A stretch of DNA of 64,000 bases, from the NCBI GenBank assembly GCA_965644295.1, contig CBFFRP010000069.1, forward strand, positions 124,001 through 188,000, given 5' to 3'. The DNA comes from Paraphysomonas bandaiensis. Taxonomy: Eukaryota; Protista; Chrysophyceae. Position 1 is the first letter of the stretch. Every line of letters starts with the position of its first letter. Below are positions 12,951 through 25,972 of the stretch, piece by piece. The translations under genes and the position numbers were made by a program. The notes under the pieces are model-generated. The model was not told the DNA's origin, made no database searches, and saw only the letters and a program-made list of their open reading frames with translations.

Positions 12951-14072
12951 CTAAACTTTTAGTATTCTGAAAACTTCGTTTTTAATGAGCTGATCTTCCT
13001 TGGCAAACTCTCTTGCCTTCAATAATTCTCTAAACTCAAGAGACTCCATAACCAGCTCTCTTAGCTTCGGTTGCTTTACTTTGTTGGAGTCGGTTGTTGT
13101 AAAATTAGTCGGTTTCGTTTGCGCCGGGATTTTTTGAATTGCTTCGAGCTTACCAACCGATTTCGCCGCAGGAAAATAGTAATTGGCTGTATGTGAATTG
13201 TTGGTTTTGGCAAGAGGGGTAGTCATGCCAGTGCCATCTGTGGAAACTATAGTTCTCTTTAAAATCTTACAGGAGTTGGACGATGCAACACCATCAAGAC
13301 ACTTAGAATGAGAAATACCACAGGATGAATGCTTTAAGCAGTTTTGAGATGCCATCTTGACAAGTTCTGGTACAGATGGTCCTCTTGGTAGGGCTTGTGA
13401 GGAGACGGCTCGATGAAGAGGCGGATGATAGGACGATTCTACCCGTCTCACAGGCGAAGCATTAGGTGATCCATGAGAGGCTGTTTCTGTCACTGAAAAT
13501 ATACCACTCTTCTCTCCAGAACTGGAACGAGATATTGACATCGACTTCTCTCCAGAACTGGAACGAGATATTGACATCGACTTCTCTCCAGAACTCGAAC
13601 GTGATATAGATAGTTCGACAGAAGGTAACTTCAACGCCGGCATCTGTCCGTTCGGTCGTTGCACATTCATCTTGTCGTGATATTCCTTTTGGTCAATTAG
13701 TACCCCCAGCTTATACTTCCATGCGGAATACTCTCTTGTGCCATGAGATGGGGCAATAAGATTTCGAACATCACCAGGAATATAATCCTTTGATCTTTTA
13801 CGGATATTTATATACCTAATAAGACACCGAGCATCCAGTGCACTCACAGTGAATCCAGCAGAGTCTCCCCATGATATAACTTGATCGATACTAGGTGTAT
13901 CAGCAAGTATTATAGCACATTGTGTCATGATATGAATATTCCCATCACATAATGACCATAGTTTCTTTAAGACTGTATATATATTAGCAGGAGTGATAGC
14001 ATCATTATCAATAACTGATTCAAGATGTCTCAGTTTACGATAAACTTCATGATAAAGTGAATTATCATACAT
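12951..14072 (-). CDS. Hypothetical protein (about 373 aa) with three tandem 12-aa Ser-rich repeats
   Basis: Long ORF; SISRSSSGEKSM x3 encoded by a 36-bp tandem repeat at about 13508-13612. Confidence 0.65.
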   Translation of the reverse strand: MYDNSLYHEVYRKLRHLESVIDNDAITPANIYTVLKKLWSLCDGNIHIMTQCAIILADTPSIDQVISWGDSAGFTVSALDARCLIRYINIRKRSKDYIPGDVRNLIAPSHGTREYSAWKYKLGVLIDQKEYHDKMNVQRPNGQMPALKLPSVELSISRSSSGEKSMSISRSSSGEKSMSISRSSSGEKSGIFSVTETASHGSPNASPVRRVESSYHPPLHRAVSSQALPRGPSVPELVKMASQNCLKHSSCGISHSKCLDGVASSNSCKILKRTIVSTDGTGMTTPLAKTNNSHTANYYFPAAKSVGKLEAIQKIPAQTKPTNFTTTDSNKVKQPKLRELVMESLEFRELLKAREFAKEDQLIKNEVFRILKV

Positions 14073-14399
14073 ATCTTTTAATCTATGAGTTATGAGTTGT
14101 GTATATATATACAAAGAGCTTCATGATGTTAGTAGAATAGTGAACACAAGTGTATGTTAATCCACCATATGATCGCATCAGATCTCTATAGAGTTTTACT
14201 GTATGTGTGTGTATCGTCAGAAACATCGTACTTTACTGGAATACCCTGATTGTCCCATTTGATGGGTTGTGTTTACAGGGATTGTCATATGAACGAATAC
14301 AGTGTATATGCTGAGAATATTCTCATTACAATTTACAGCATATTACGTAGGACCACCTCCATGTACTCCATGTACACAGAGTAGCATACAGCTGTATAT

Positions 14400-14797
14400 C
14401 AGCAATGCTGTACGCTGCTGTATATATAAATCACATACAGCAGTACATATGTGTGTATGTAAATAGCTTTAGCTTTCGTACACACATATACAGCTTTATA
14501 CAGTACATACACACATATACATATACAGCTATATACATACACACATATACATATACAGCTATATACATACACACATATACATATACATATACAGCTACAT
14601 ATACAGCTACATATACAGCTACATACACACATATACATATACAGCTATATACATACACACATATACATATACATATACAGTATAATATATACATATACAC
14701 ATATACATATACAGCTCTATACATACACACATATACATATACATATACAGTATAATATATACATACACACATATACATATACATATACATATACAGT
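14400..14797. repeat. Compound (TACA/TATA/TACAGC) microsatellite tract, left part
   Basis: Repeating ATATACATATACAGCTATATACATACACAC units; the tract continues at 17271-17366 and 21185-21420. Confidence 0.9.
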
Positions 14798-15032
14798 GGG
14801 TGACTACCTAAATTGCACAAACACATAAATGCATAAAAAATCTGGGATTATAGAAATCTGGGTATTTATGCAGGGTGTGACTTCCTTAATTGCATAAATA
14901 CATAAATAATAAAATGGCCATTGCAGATTTCATGCATATTTGAATTTTAAAAATAGTGAAGTCTCTTGCAGTGATGAGTGAGACATATGGAGTGGATATT
15001 TTTAAAATAGTAAAGTAAGGAATTCGTCGAGT

Positions 15033-15900
15033 ATGACAACTTCATCTAGCAGTGGTCGACGGGCAGGTGTCCCGAACTACAAGAAGGGAATTGTCTTGAA
15101 TATAGTCAATGACATTCTTCCGTCTTCTAGTCTAGACTGGGTAGCTGTGGCAGAGAGGTCAGATAGCAGTGCATACACTGAATAGTTATATTTATCAGTT
15201 GTACAGATATAAGATTGCTGCCCAAGAGACTGTTGATCGTGAAGGTCCTGATATGAAGAGATACTTCATACAGAAACTATGCAACAATGGGCGCAAGCCC
15301 ACTGGAAACAGTGGGACGAATGATACCACTCGTCGTGCCCAAGAGATTTATCAACGTATTCTGTGCAAGGAAAATGTCGGCATCTATGGAGACGACTCAG
15401 ACATTGACAGTCCATTGGATTTTGAGGAGGAGTTTCCAGAAATGGGAAATCTCGAAGGACCGGAAAGCAACTCCGACGACGAGCATAATGACGAAATTGC
15501 TGACCAACCAGTAAACAACGAACCAGTTGCCGAGCCTCCACAGAAGAAACGTAGAACCGAAAAGTCGAAGAACTGCCGAAATGGCATCTCGGCTAGAACT
15601 TCCGTCTCGAAAGCAATTAAGACTTGCGTGGACGGGTTGCAAGGTAGCAATAATACAAACGTCTTATTATCTTGCATGCAGATGATGCAGCAACAAAATC
15701 AGCAGATGATGCAGCAACAAAATCAGCAGATGATGCAGATGATGATGTTCATGATGGGAAATCGTGGTTCATCACAGAATACTACTCCTGGTACCCCGCT
15801 GCAAATGTCCACCACAAGTACACCACAGAGCAGCAACTCATCAGATTCATGTGGGAGTAATCCATCAAATTCATTTCAAAATCCTAGTGTAGTATTGTAG
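15033..15900 (+). CDS. Transposon accessory DNA-binding protein (Myb/SANT-like, DUF6818-like), 2 exons, 272 aa
   Basis: Splicing intron 15158-15206 gives GRRAGVPNY...ILPSSSLDWVAVAERYK...KLCNNGRKPTG...RRAQEIYQRI, followed by an acidic region and a Q/M-rich tail. Confidence 0.78.
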
Positions 15901-15957
15901 ACAGCTAGGGTTGATTACTAATGTGAAAGTAAGCAATGCATAATTAAGAAATATTTA

Positions 15958-17088
15958 TTACATGAAGTATCTTGCAATGTGGTCGTAACCTTCCACATTT
16001 ACGTACTCCTCATACAAAGGATTAAATACAGTTGCTATTTGATTAAGTCCTACATGGTGAGTGCGAAAATTGTGAACCAGCACAATAGCTAGTAATATTT
16101 TCCCTCGAATAAATTTGCACGAGGGTAGACGACTCTTCAATCGAGAAAACGTTCCTTGTAGTGCTCGCATACCCCATTCAGCCGCCTGTCTCAATGATAT
16201 GCACTTAGCATGCCTTCTTAGTAGAGCATGCCGCAAATTTGGAGCCAGTTTAGCTCTAGCTTTTCTTGACAAAGGACCTACTAGTTTGTCATAGAGATCA
16301 CCAGAGCGCGGAAATCCTTGATCAACGCAAAAGGCGTATACACCAATGTCTCTTCTGACCTTCTCTATAAAAGAAGCTGCCACTTGTGAATCGTGCCATG
16401 AACCGGGAAAGTTAAGACAAGCGTATAGAACTATACCTTTAGGCGAAAAGGCTAGTACATTGTTAGTCATGGTATCGTGATAGTATCCATTGTACATGAC
16501 GGACTGTTCGTGGTCGTCATCACTGCATTGTACAGGCAGACTCACGCCATCAACGAAACCGATAATATTTTTTAAAGTGGGCTCACGTCTCTCTACTAAA
16601 GCTGCGAACTCAGACATCTGCTCCCTATCGGGAAATCTTATGCGACTGTGCTCCTCTTTTGCAAGAATTCTACATACTTCATATAACATAGTCTTTATTA
16701 CTCTGGATGCGGTTGAAGGAACCACCCCAAACAGTAAACATAGGTGCTTTATACGCATACTAGAATTCACATAAAACAGAAATAGGCCAAGTTTACCATC
16801 ATTGTCAAGGCTACTAGGTCGACCGGATTTGAGGACAACATCTTCAGCAAATAAGATACCCCTCAACAACTTAAAAACCGGTCTCGTCATCCCTGTCAGT
16901 AGTAGAAAAGATTGATCATCTGCCCCATGCAACACACGAACCCATGGTGCGAAACGAGGAGAAACAACTGCCGATCTCGTCAAGTTAGCACGACTTCTAC
17001 AGCTGTTATACAATAGCAACAAGAGAAGTACGCACAGTAACTTCTGCTTAGATTCATTCCTGTCGATTAAGCTACAGTTGGGTAGCAT
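15958..17088 (-). CDS. Harbinger-type DDE transposase (DDE_Tnp_4-like)
   Basis: IGFVDGV, PGSWHDS, CVDQGF, RQAAEWGMRALQ, LVHNFR; N-terminal HTH region; no stops. Confidence 0.92.
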   Translation of the reverse strand: MLPNCSLIDRNESKQKLLCVLLLLLLYNSCRSRANLTRSAVVSPRFAPWVRVLHGADDQSFLLLTGMTRPVFKLLRGILFAEDVVLKSGRPSSLDNDGKLGLFLFYVNSSMRIKHLCLLFGVVPSTASRVIKTMLYEVCRILAKEEHSRIRFPDREQMSEFAALVERREPTLKNIIGFVDGVSLPVQCSDDDHEQSVMYNGYYHDTMTNNVLAFSPKGIVLYACLNFPGSWHDSQVAASFIEKVRRDIGVYAFCVDQGFPRSGDLYDKLVGPLSRKARAKLAPNLRHALLRRHAKCISLRQAAEWGMRALQGTFSRLKSRLPSCKFIRGKILLAIVLVHNFRTHHVGLNQIATVFNPLYEEYVNVEGYDHIARYFM

Positions 17089-17270
17089 ATGTCTACTTTA
17101 TATAGCTTCAGCTCTTTAAATAGTTTATGCATATGTTTATGCATATAGGATAGTTTGTACGAGGGGTCCGGGGGGGTCTCCTAAAAAAACATAAAATCTG
17201 CATAAATTCATGAGTTTATGCAGCCTATTTTATGCAGATTTATGTGTTTGTGCAATTTAGGTAGTCACCC

Positions 17271-17366
17271 AGTATAATATATACATATACACATATACAT
17301 ATACAGCTATATACATACACACATATACATATACAGCTCTATACATACACACATATACATATACAG
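17271..17366. repeat. 96-bp piece of the TACA/TATA satellite between the two transposons
   Basis: Same units as 14400-14797. Confidence 0.85.
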
Positions 17367-20300
17367 GAGCCCGGTGCCGATCAAGACACGGTTGGGGGGG
17401 TTTTTGGTGGTTCAGTGCCAGAATGGACACATTGGAGGGGTTTTTGCTTTTTTGGGGGGTTTTCTGACATTTTCCTTTCCAACATACAGCACACTCACTG
17501 CCAACATATAGAAGGCAGGAAGGTACATTGTGTTCACAACTCCCCTGTGAATGGCTTTCCAGTTGGACGAGGGACCCAGCTCGATGCTCTATCGACACAG
17601 CTAGGGCTATAAAAGGCCAACGTGGAGCAGTTGCTAGATCTCGAAGAACATGCATTCATAGTCCTGCTAGCCACTCTTATACTCCGATGAGATCGAATAT
17701 AGGAGTCTTTCAGATGAACAGGTGTAGGAATCAGAAATATATGAGTAAATATTGGCATATCTATAATCTTCTTTGATTGACATCCCCTGCCTTTGTTGCC
17801 AAATGAATCTTATGGCGCCATGCAAGAGCACAAGTAACTCGTAGAAGGTGGATTAGTGGCTGCTTGAATAGTTCCATACTGTTGGTATTATGTATACTTT
17901 TATAACAGTGAATTTGTGTGCTTCTGTTAATGATATTGTAATTCGTGTATTGATATTCTTTTGACTTTTGACTACACACTAAAAGATATAGCTGTTTTAT
18001 TCCTTTTAAAGTAATGTTGTTGTGCCCCCAGGACGCCTACCCCCCGTTCTGTGTGTATAGTCTTGGTTTCAGTTTAGTATTATCAGGGTGTATGACATGT
18101 AAATTTTCAATGACTGTATAGAGTATAGATAAGGACAACTTTCAAACTCTTTTACATCAGCCCTAGTATCTAGCTATCACAGAATTACAAAAGTTATTTC
18201 AACTAACTAGAATATTACAAGAAGTGGTTAATGTGATCATTTATTATTAGTAGTATGACAAAGGTTCTAGCTAGTCAAGTACAGTTTAAAACACTAAACA
18301 CTACCGTGCATGAATTTTATCACTGAGCAACAACTCAACGACAGTAAAGACACATTTCGTTAAAATTAAAGATATGTAATTGCCCAACTAAACGATAATA
18401 TACATGCGGCCACATAAATTATGGAATACATAACCGATTTCTAACTAAAGTGTGTTGCAGTTTCTTCAGCAGGCGATTCTGATAGCTCAGCGATATCATC
18501 AGGGTAACTCAACTCGTCAATATAGCCGGAAAGAATAACCTCAGGCGGACTGATGCCATTTCGAATACAATACCTGCTACATGCACTGGTGGGATGCAGC
18601 GTCTTGCGCGAGAGCCACTGGTGACAGTCGGGACACTGTTTCTTTTGCTTTTTGAATGAAGCCTGACTAGTAGAACTGTTGTGCGTTATAAATGTATAAG
18701 AATAAATATATCTGACAGCACCTGCTAGAACTTTCTCCGGTACTAGTCAATCGTTTCGAACTCCTGTAAGACTTGGAATCATTAGCAAGAGGAGCTTTGA
18801 TAGTCCTAAACGATTTGGATCGCAATCGATTATCAACTTCTGAAGTAGAGGGAATCGTGCCTAACAATTCAGGCACGTCTGCAAACATATTTTTTACTCT
18901 CATAGTAAAGCAGTCTTTATGAAAGTATTTCTCCGAAAATAGGTCTTGTGGCATTCCATTCGGATACAACTCTTTAAGCAGGAACCACGCATCCTTACAC
19001 GGTAGTCCTGTTTGTTGATACTTTCCACAGTCGCATTTCTGCTTAGACAAGTCCACATTTCTCAACTCGCTTCTATGCACTGCATCCGTGATGGTATGCA
19101 CAATACCTCGCTCGCTCACAGTATCGAGAATGTGAACCTCCATTGGACAATGTCTGACTTTTTTCTGTATATCCTATCAAGTATAAAATATTAGAATGTA
19201 AGCAATTATACACATTACCTAACATATTAAGCTTACTATTGCACAATTTACACGTGCGATATTACATGAAAGTGTTGTTCAGCTTGGGGATGGAGTACAG
19301 TCTGCAACCGAGCAATGTCATCCTTCCGCCTGTTATTACTCTCTAATATATCAACTAAAAACTTCTTTACAAACATGTAAGGATTCAGAAATCTTGTTTC
19401 ACGGCACCATGCGAAGATTGCTTCAACAATATTATCACTCTTCCAATCGTACAACATATGCCCTGTGTCCACAGCTTGGTATAACTGCCAGTTGTTGAGT
19501 TTGCTTAGGTACTCATACATCGGTTTGCATGAAGATTCTATGACACTATAGTAGAAGTATATATATGTTACTCTTGTATTGCAATCATTTACCTCATACC
19601 TCATACATCTCATATGTTCAACGATAGTTGGAGCATTGCGTGCTTTCCAGTAGAGTGGCAACCAATGTGACCATCCCTTGCTCTTCAAGTTTCTTTCCAA
19701 ATGAATTCCACAATGAAATTCAAAGGCTAACGGGAGACTTCTCTGTAGAAATGATATCTCAGCAGTACCTCGGTCACTCAAAATAGTATTCCGTGGATCA
19801 TTGAGAACGACCCCAGCTTCTATCATAGCTGCATTCAAAAAGTCTATGTCGTCTCTACATTCAGCAAATGTTATTGCAAACCCACATACTATCATGTGAT
19901 TATCAAGGGTTCGTCCACTCACAACCGTTAAAAACATTGGTCGTATAATGATATCGCCCTGTAGGGAAATCTTCTTCATATGAGAAACATCCAGACCAAA
20001 TATGCGCCTCAGGTACTCGTGTTCAATGCAATTCTTAACGTATGGAAAAACAAATGCTAAACTATTAAACTCCTCCGTAATATCGTTACGGCGAAGTTCG
20101 TAATGAGCACCGGGATTTTGTTCTTTGTACAGCTCTAGAAATGGCTCTAGCAATGAAAAACTGCCCAATTGGTCTTCTACTTGAATTCGACTGAGTGCTG
20201 CAGCTTTCTTAACCACATCGGGCGTGGCATTTATGCCATCAACCAACAGAAGTTGCTAGTTAAAAGAGCACTTATATTTTATACATTGCGATATATCTTT

Positions 20301-21184
20301 GTGTCGACTAATATATTTGTGTATTCAGTGGTGAGAACAGAAACGCGTAGGTATACTAATAAATGGCGCATTCTCTCACCCTCCCATATCATAAGATTTT
20401 CATACAAAATTACAGTAGTAAATGCCTTGCATCACAAGAACATTATAGCTCGTATATGATGGCAATGATGTGTGTGTGTTCTCACCTGAATGCGGGTAGT
20501 GCTAATATTACGAGGACCGACTCCAACATCCTTCATGATCACTGCAAACTTTTCATTGTTCAACACCTCGTTCTTGAAGAACTGAATAATGAAAAGTTCA
20601 TTCATATATATATATATAAACCTGTGATGCTTTTCCGAAGACGACACAAGGAATTCTCATACCATCCTCGTTCAACACATAATGCTCCTTAATACTTGCA
20701 GCACTATCCATATAGTATGTTTTATCACGCTTACGCCGAGCACATAATCTTAGAGCACATGCTGGATTCATACATATCATAGTAACTCTATTGCTTCCTT
20801 GAGCTACATGTGGATCGCGTCGCAGTTGTTTTCCTGTACGTGTGCCTCCACAACTGGCTATCTGTTGCATGTGGTTCATGATAGATTGAAAGTCTGGAAA
20901 CACTTGACCTTCCTCTGTGAGTTCCATCACGTGCATAAGTAAAATGATATCTCATCATAGTCAATACAGGATCACAATTCATCACTGAATAAGTGGATAT
21001 ATTTGACTTATTAAGATAGACATTCGAATTGATGTATGGATTTGTTAGCTACACTTGGGCTTGTGTGCTGTATGTTGGAATGATCAGAAAACCCCCCAAA
21101 AAAGCAAAAAACCCTCCAACGTGTCCGTTCTGGCACTGAACCACCAAAAACCCCCCCAACCGTGTCTTGATCGGCACCGGGCTC
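17367..21184. mobile_element. Apparently intact Mutator-like (MULE) DNA transposon
   Basis: About 125-bp near-perfect TIRs starting GAGCCCGGTGCCGATCAAGACACGG; 10-bp TSD ACATATACAG (17357-17366 / 21185-21194). Confidence 0.92.
18441..20936 (-). CDS. MULE transposase with SWIM-like and C-terminal zinc motifs, about 6 exons
   Basis: FGLDVSHMK (D), ILSDRG (D), CxxHLERN, SDNIVEA (E), CDC...PCKDA SWIM-like, CPDC...H...C; five GT-AG introns join the ORFs in frame. Confidence 0.85.
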
Positions 21185-21420
21185 ACATATACAGCTCTAT
21201 ACATACACACATATACATAGACATATATAATATATACATATACACATAGACATATACAGCTCTATACATACACACATATACATATACAGCTCTATACATA
21301 CACACATATACATAGACATATATAATATATACATATACACATAGACATATACAGCTCTATACATACACACATATACATATACAGCTACATACACACATAT
21401 ACATATACAGCTCTATACAT
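21185..21420. repeat. TACA/TATA satellite tract, right part
   Basis: Same units as 14400-14797. Confidence 0.85.
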
Positions 21421-21587
21421 AGTCATATCAACTCATAGCACTATTAAACCCACCCTAACAAGCTCATCACACCTAAAACACAGACATATATGTCAGCATC
21501 AGTATATTAAATCCTAACTACATTATAAAACACAAACAATCCTTATAATTTCCTTGTATATACATATATACATACACATATACAGCT

Positions 21588-23529
21588 ATGGGCAAGAATA
21601 GACACACTAAAGACAGAATGTTCATCACATCCACTGAATGGAAACATGAATATGGTGGACATAAACAAGCTGTTGCACATAATAATCAACCGTTACCATT
21701 TGATCATTGTGCTTTAAGCTTAGCACCGTTTGAAACTCCAGTTTGCACTCAAGAGGTATATATATGTATATACGTGTGTATGTATAGCTCACGTATTGTA
21801 TGAACAGGGCGTTATGTTTGATCTGTTAAATCTCGTTCCATTTGTGCAACAACATAAGAAAAATCCTGTCACTGGGTCACCAATGGCTACATCTGACATC
21901 ATACGCCTTCAAATGGCAAAGAATAGCGAGGGCTTATGGCACTGTCCAGTGCTCTTCAAAGTGTTCAACAACAATACCCATATAGTTGCCATTCGTACTA
22001 CTGGGAATGTATTTTGCTTTGAGGCTGTAGATGAGTTAAACTTAAAGGCCAAAAATTTCACAGACCTTCTTACAGGCGAGCCTTTCAAGAAGAGTGACAT
22101 CATAACTTTGCAAAATCCTGAGGATACAGAACACATGGCACTTCGGGACATCAGCAACTTCAAACACCTACAGAGCATGCGGGATGGCAATGTAGCTGGA
22201 GTCGAGCGAAGTGTACGACACAACCCCACGTCCGAACGAGTTTTGAAAGAGCTTGAAAAACAGCAGGCAAGCGGATCGGACTGCAGCCATCTGTTGACTA
22301 GCAGCAGCTCTGCAGCTGAGTACGAAGATGATGTAAAGGACATCCTTGCCCTGCACCCAACCACTGAAGATGTAAACCCAGGGCATATGATGACTGATCA
22401 GCGGGCCAGTGGTGCACTCACCTCTAGTGCAGTGCAGGTACACACGAAGATTGCACTTCGACCAGCAACAGCAGCGGAAATTCGGGAGGCTCGATGGAAG
22501 GCCATGAGAGAGGTGATTCGTGTGCATGACAGTATGCCCATATGTAGTATACTGTTTATGTCTAAACATTGGTGTCCGGTTTTGATTTGTCGTATGTCAT
22601 AGTTAGGAAAGAAGGGGTATGTACAATTGCAGACCTCGATGGGTAACATCAATCTCGAGATTCACTGCGACTGGTGAGTAGAATATCGTGTATGACAGAA
22701 ACAAGATTTTTGTTTATATTTGGCGCTCAGGTCCCCTCGAACGGCTTGGAACTTCATAACTTTATGTGAGAGGGGTTACTATGACAATACTAAGTTCCAC
22801 CGATTGGTGCCAGGGTTCTGCATACAGGTTAGCTTGTGTATAATCATTTGCACGTTGATGCTAACTCCGTCTGTCAATATATAGGGTGGAGACCCTACAG
22901 GCACTGGTAGTGGGGGAGAAAGTGCTTGGGGCACTCCTTTTAAAGACGAGTTCGACTCAAGGCTTGTGCACGATAAGCGCGGGGTATTGAGTATGGCGAA
23001 TTCGGGAGAGAATACGAATGGGTCACAATTTTTTATTACTATGCAGGCTACACCTCACCTAGATTTAAAGCATTGCATATTTGGCCGCGTAGTGGGGGGA
23101 ATGGGAGTAGTAGACAAGATGGAGAAGGTGGAGACGAATAAAAACGAGAATCCAAAAAAGGATATTGTTATTCTCTCTACGAATGTATTCGTGAATCCCA
23201 TTGGAGAGGCTGATGAAGCTCTGCTAGAAAAGATAAGAAAAGCACAAGAGAAGAGGTCAGACAAATCAAGTGGAACAAAAAGATCAAGAGAAGTTAGTAC
23301 GGAGGGCCCCGCTCGTCCAGCACCCTCTGTTCGACCCAAGGAGAAAGTTGCTAGCGCTGCTGCCCCCAAAACGGGGAAGTATCTACCACAAACTGGAAGT
23401 CGTGGTTCATCAGATGAGGCTGCAATCGCATCTTTCTTGAAGAGTCAAGGCGGTGGGGTTGTGGAGGATGATGGAAAGAAGAAAATGGTTAGTTCTAGTG
23501 TCAAAAAAGGGGGATTTAGCAACTGGTAA
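21588..23529 (+). CDS. PPIL2: U-box/RING cyclophilin PPIL2 (Cyp60), 5 exons
   Basis: [75 protein letters not shown], terminal FSNW. Confidence 0.93.
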
Positions 23530-24224
23530 TCTGTAGACCGAGTGCATTTATGTCACGGTAATTAGCTATCGGATAAATAAGTTTAGAGCTAAATTACTTT
23601 AAATCTTGGCACACAAAGAACTTTGAAATGCTTAACCATGGCAAGAGTACATTTAATATTAATAGATAGTGTAATTTTGTCTGAATCACTGCATAAAATT
23701 GTGCTAGATCAGATATCAGACTGGCTTGCGTAACAATTTACGGGAGTTAAGGGGTGAGGGGTATCTGACAATAATAATCGCAATTATTAACCACACATCC
23801 AAGTATTATCATTGCAATTATTATTATCAATTTTCCAATTATTGCCTTTGAATATCTTTCTGAAGTACAATCTTAAGATACATTAAAATTAAGCCAGCCA
23901 ATTAATTAGGTAATATTTTCCTATAATAATAGTAGCTGTCATTTTTAGAACCAAGTAATGTAGTTGGTAATTAAATTGCTTAAATGCTACGTAACTCTGA
24001 TATCAGGAATGGTAACCGATCACCTAAATCCTAAATACCTGAAGCCTGGAAATCAAGTGCTGTCGATGAGCGCATGAGCGCCCCCTAGCTACGTCAGAAA
24101 TATTTCTTCGGGAAAATTGTCAATGCAATGAGCAATACGTAGGGCTTATAAACCAACTTCTGAATAACAATGACACTATCTATTATTACGTACATATACA
24201 TTCACTACACTTCGCTCAGAAATT

Positions 24225-25739
24225 CTACGGACATTTTCTGTCAATTAATGCACTTCCATATTCATCATATTCCGAGCGCCCCATCCACATCTCATGTAGT
24301 GAACCAAGGGAAGCAATAATAGAGCCCCCTAACCAGGTGCATATCGCCCGCTCACTAGCTCCTGATGACAAAACCTTCGTCCTCCAATTGGGGGCATTCA
24401 TGTGGGCGGCCCGGTCGACCTCCTGTCGAATACGCTCTGGCATTCCATCATAGGCGGAATTTCCTCCAGTCACTATCAAATGGCTTGCGAGAGTCACCTG
24501 CTCACGACACAACAAAATATAAGCCTAGATGGTCATAATCGAACAATGGGAAGAAACATTTGCTGACCTGACTGTCCGCCTCACAACGCAGAATAGAGTC
24601 TACGACCAGATTCTCAATTGGGTCAGAGCTACCCGGCATACCTCCGGGACACGAAGGCGATAACCCAAGGGTCACCATTTCTGGAGCCTGAAGATCAAGC
24701 AGTGAGGGGTCAAATAGCAGTTCTGGAGGGAGGAATCGCTCCACTCCGACATCCACGACGGTGCCGTCCGGGAGAGCGTGAGGGAGCAAGGGAATATTCA
24801 TGTATCGTGGATCTCCATCTGTGAGATTCGACGAAGCCTCTGCAGTACGGCAAACTGATTCCTTCATGTCTCGTGCCATCTCCAGATGCATATACGCATC
24901 ATAACTAGGATGAACTTGTTCGACAGAGCGATTGGGTTGCCAAGAGAGAGCTCCAGTCACGGGGTCGACGGACTTTGTCAGCCTAAACAGTGGCTTTGGG
25001 GGGGGAAGGGAGAAATGGTCATGCATGTGGCGACCGAGCATCCGTAAGAGGTGAGCATCCATGAACCTACCTCCAACAAGTCCCCGACTAATGGCACTCG
25101 TCTCCGCCCACCCCTCGTACACTGGAGTGACTACCGTCCCACTAGCACCACAATCTACAGCCACACCAGTAGTCTTTCCGCATGAGTAGCATGATAACAC
25201 AGCGTCCTTGGACATAAATAGTGCAGGGGCATTGTACTTTTCAAACATAAGCTCGCACATCCTACAGAATCCGTATAAATACAGTCATATACAATGCAAA
25301 CTATGACACTTACTTTTGTCGTGACTCAGATGAGTTATACGATTTCTCAGCAAGAAGAATAGGAGTTTCTTTCGTATCAACTTTAAGATAATTTGTCAAT
25401 GAATGATCCCATAGCTCTTCAAGTAAATCCCAATCATTAATAATGCCATCTCTTACAATATGTTCGAGTCGCATATTTGGACGATAATAATTAATATCAA
25501 AATGAGTATTTTTGATAGAATTATTAATTGTAATATCCGTTTTATTATCATTATATGTATCTGTAATACCTATACACTGATAATACATACAATCATATGG
25601 ATATATATATATATATATATATGGAACTTACGGATGGGATATATACACGAGGATAATCATCTCCTGCAAATCCTATACGTGCAGAATGACTACCAATATC
25701 AGCAACAAGTGCTCCAATATCATCGCCACCACAATACAT
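24225..25739 (-). CDS. ARP4: Actin-related protein 4 (ARP4/BAF53), about 4 exons
   Basis: MYCGGDDIGALVADIGS..RIGFAGDD, ELMFEKYNAPA, TWLGGSIIASLGS, terminal RKCP. Confidence 0.88.
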
Positions 25740-25840
25740 TTTAATAAGATTTGATGGTGTTTGATATGATGGTTGCAAGTTAAGTTTGTCCAGTCATCCA
25801 ATTAGAGTAAGCCAACTACATGCATACATACATACATATC

Positions 25841-25972
25841 AGCATCCTTTGTTTATTTTTGTTGAGAGATGCCTCGTATATTGAGACAACAATTATGTGT
25901 ATTCCAGCCGTAGTTGTATATCAGTAATGTGGAGTGTTTTTGCTTCAATTTATTCCCGAAAACTTAGATGCA
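25841..25972 (-). mobile_element. ~135-bp dispersed element, copy 2 (inverted)
   Basis: Reverse complement of 6131-6262 (GATGCCTC.TATATTGAGACAACAATTAT.TGTA..CCAGCCGTAGTTGTA). Confidence 0.72.

Larger units (their letters stand above)
14798..17270. mobile_element. Intact PHIS-superfamily (PIF/Harbinger-related, Pangu-like) DNA transposon
   Basis: Perfect 33-bp TIR GGGTGACTACCTAAATTGCACAAACACATAAAT; 3-bp TSD AGT (14795-14797 / 17271-17273); two convergent ORFs. Confidence 0.92.

Noticed and set aside
14399-14826. YT/VY/CI-rich ORFs (also 21197-21394)
   Set aside because: Artefacts of the TACA/TATA satellite
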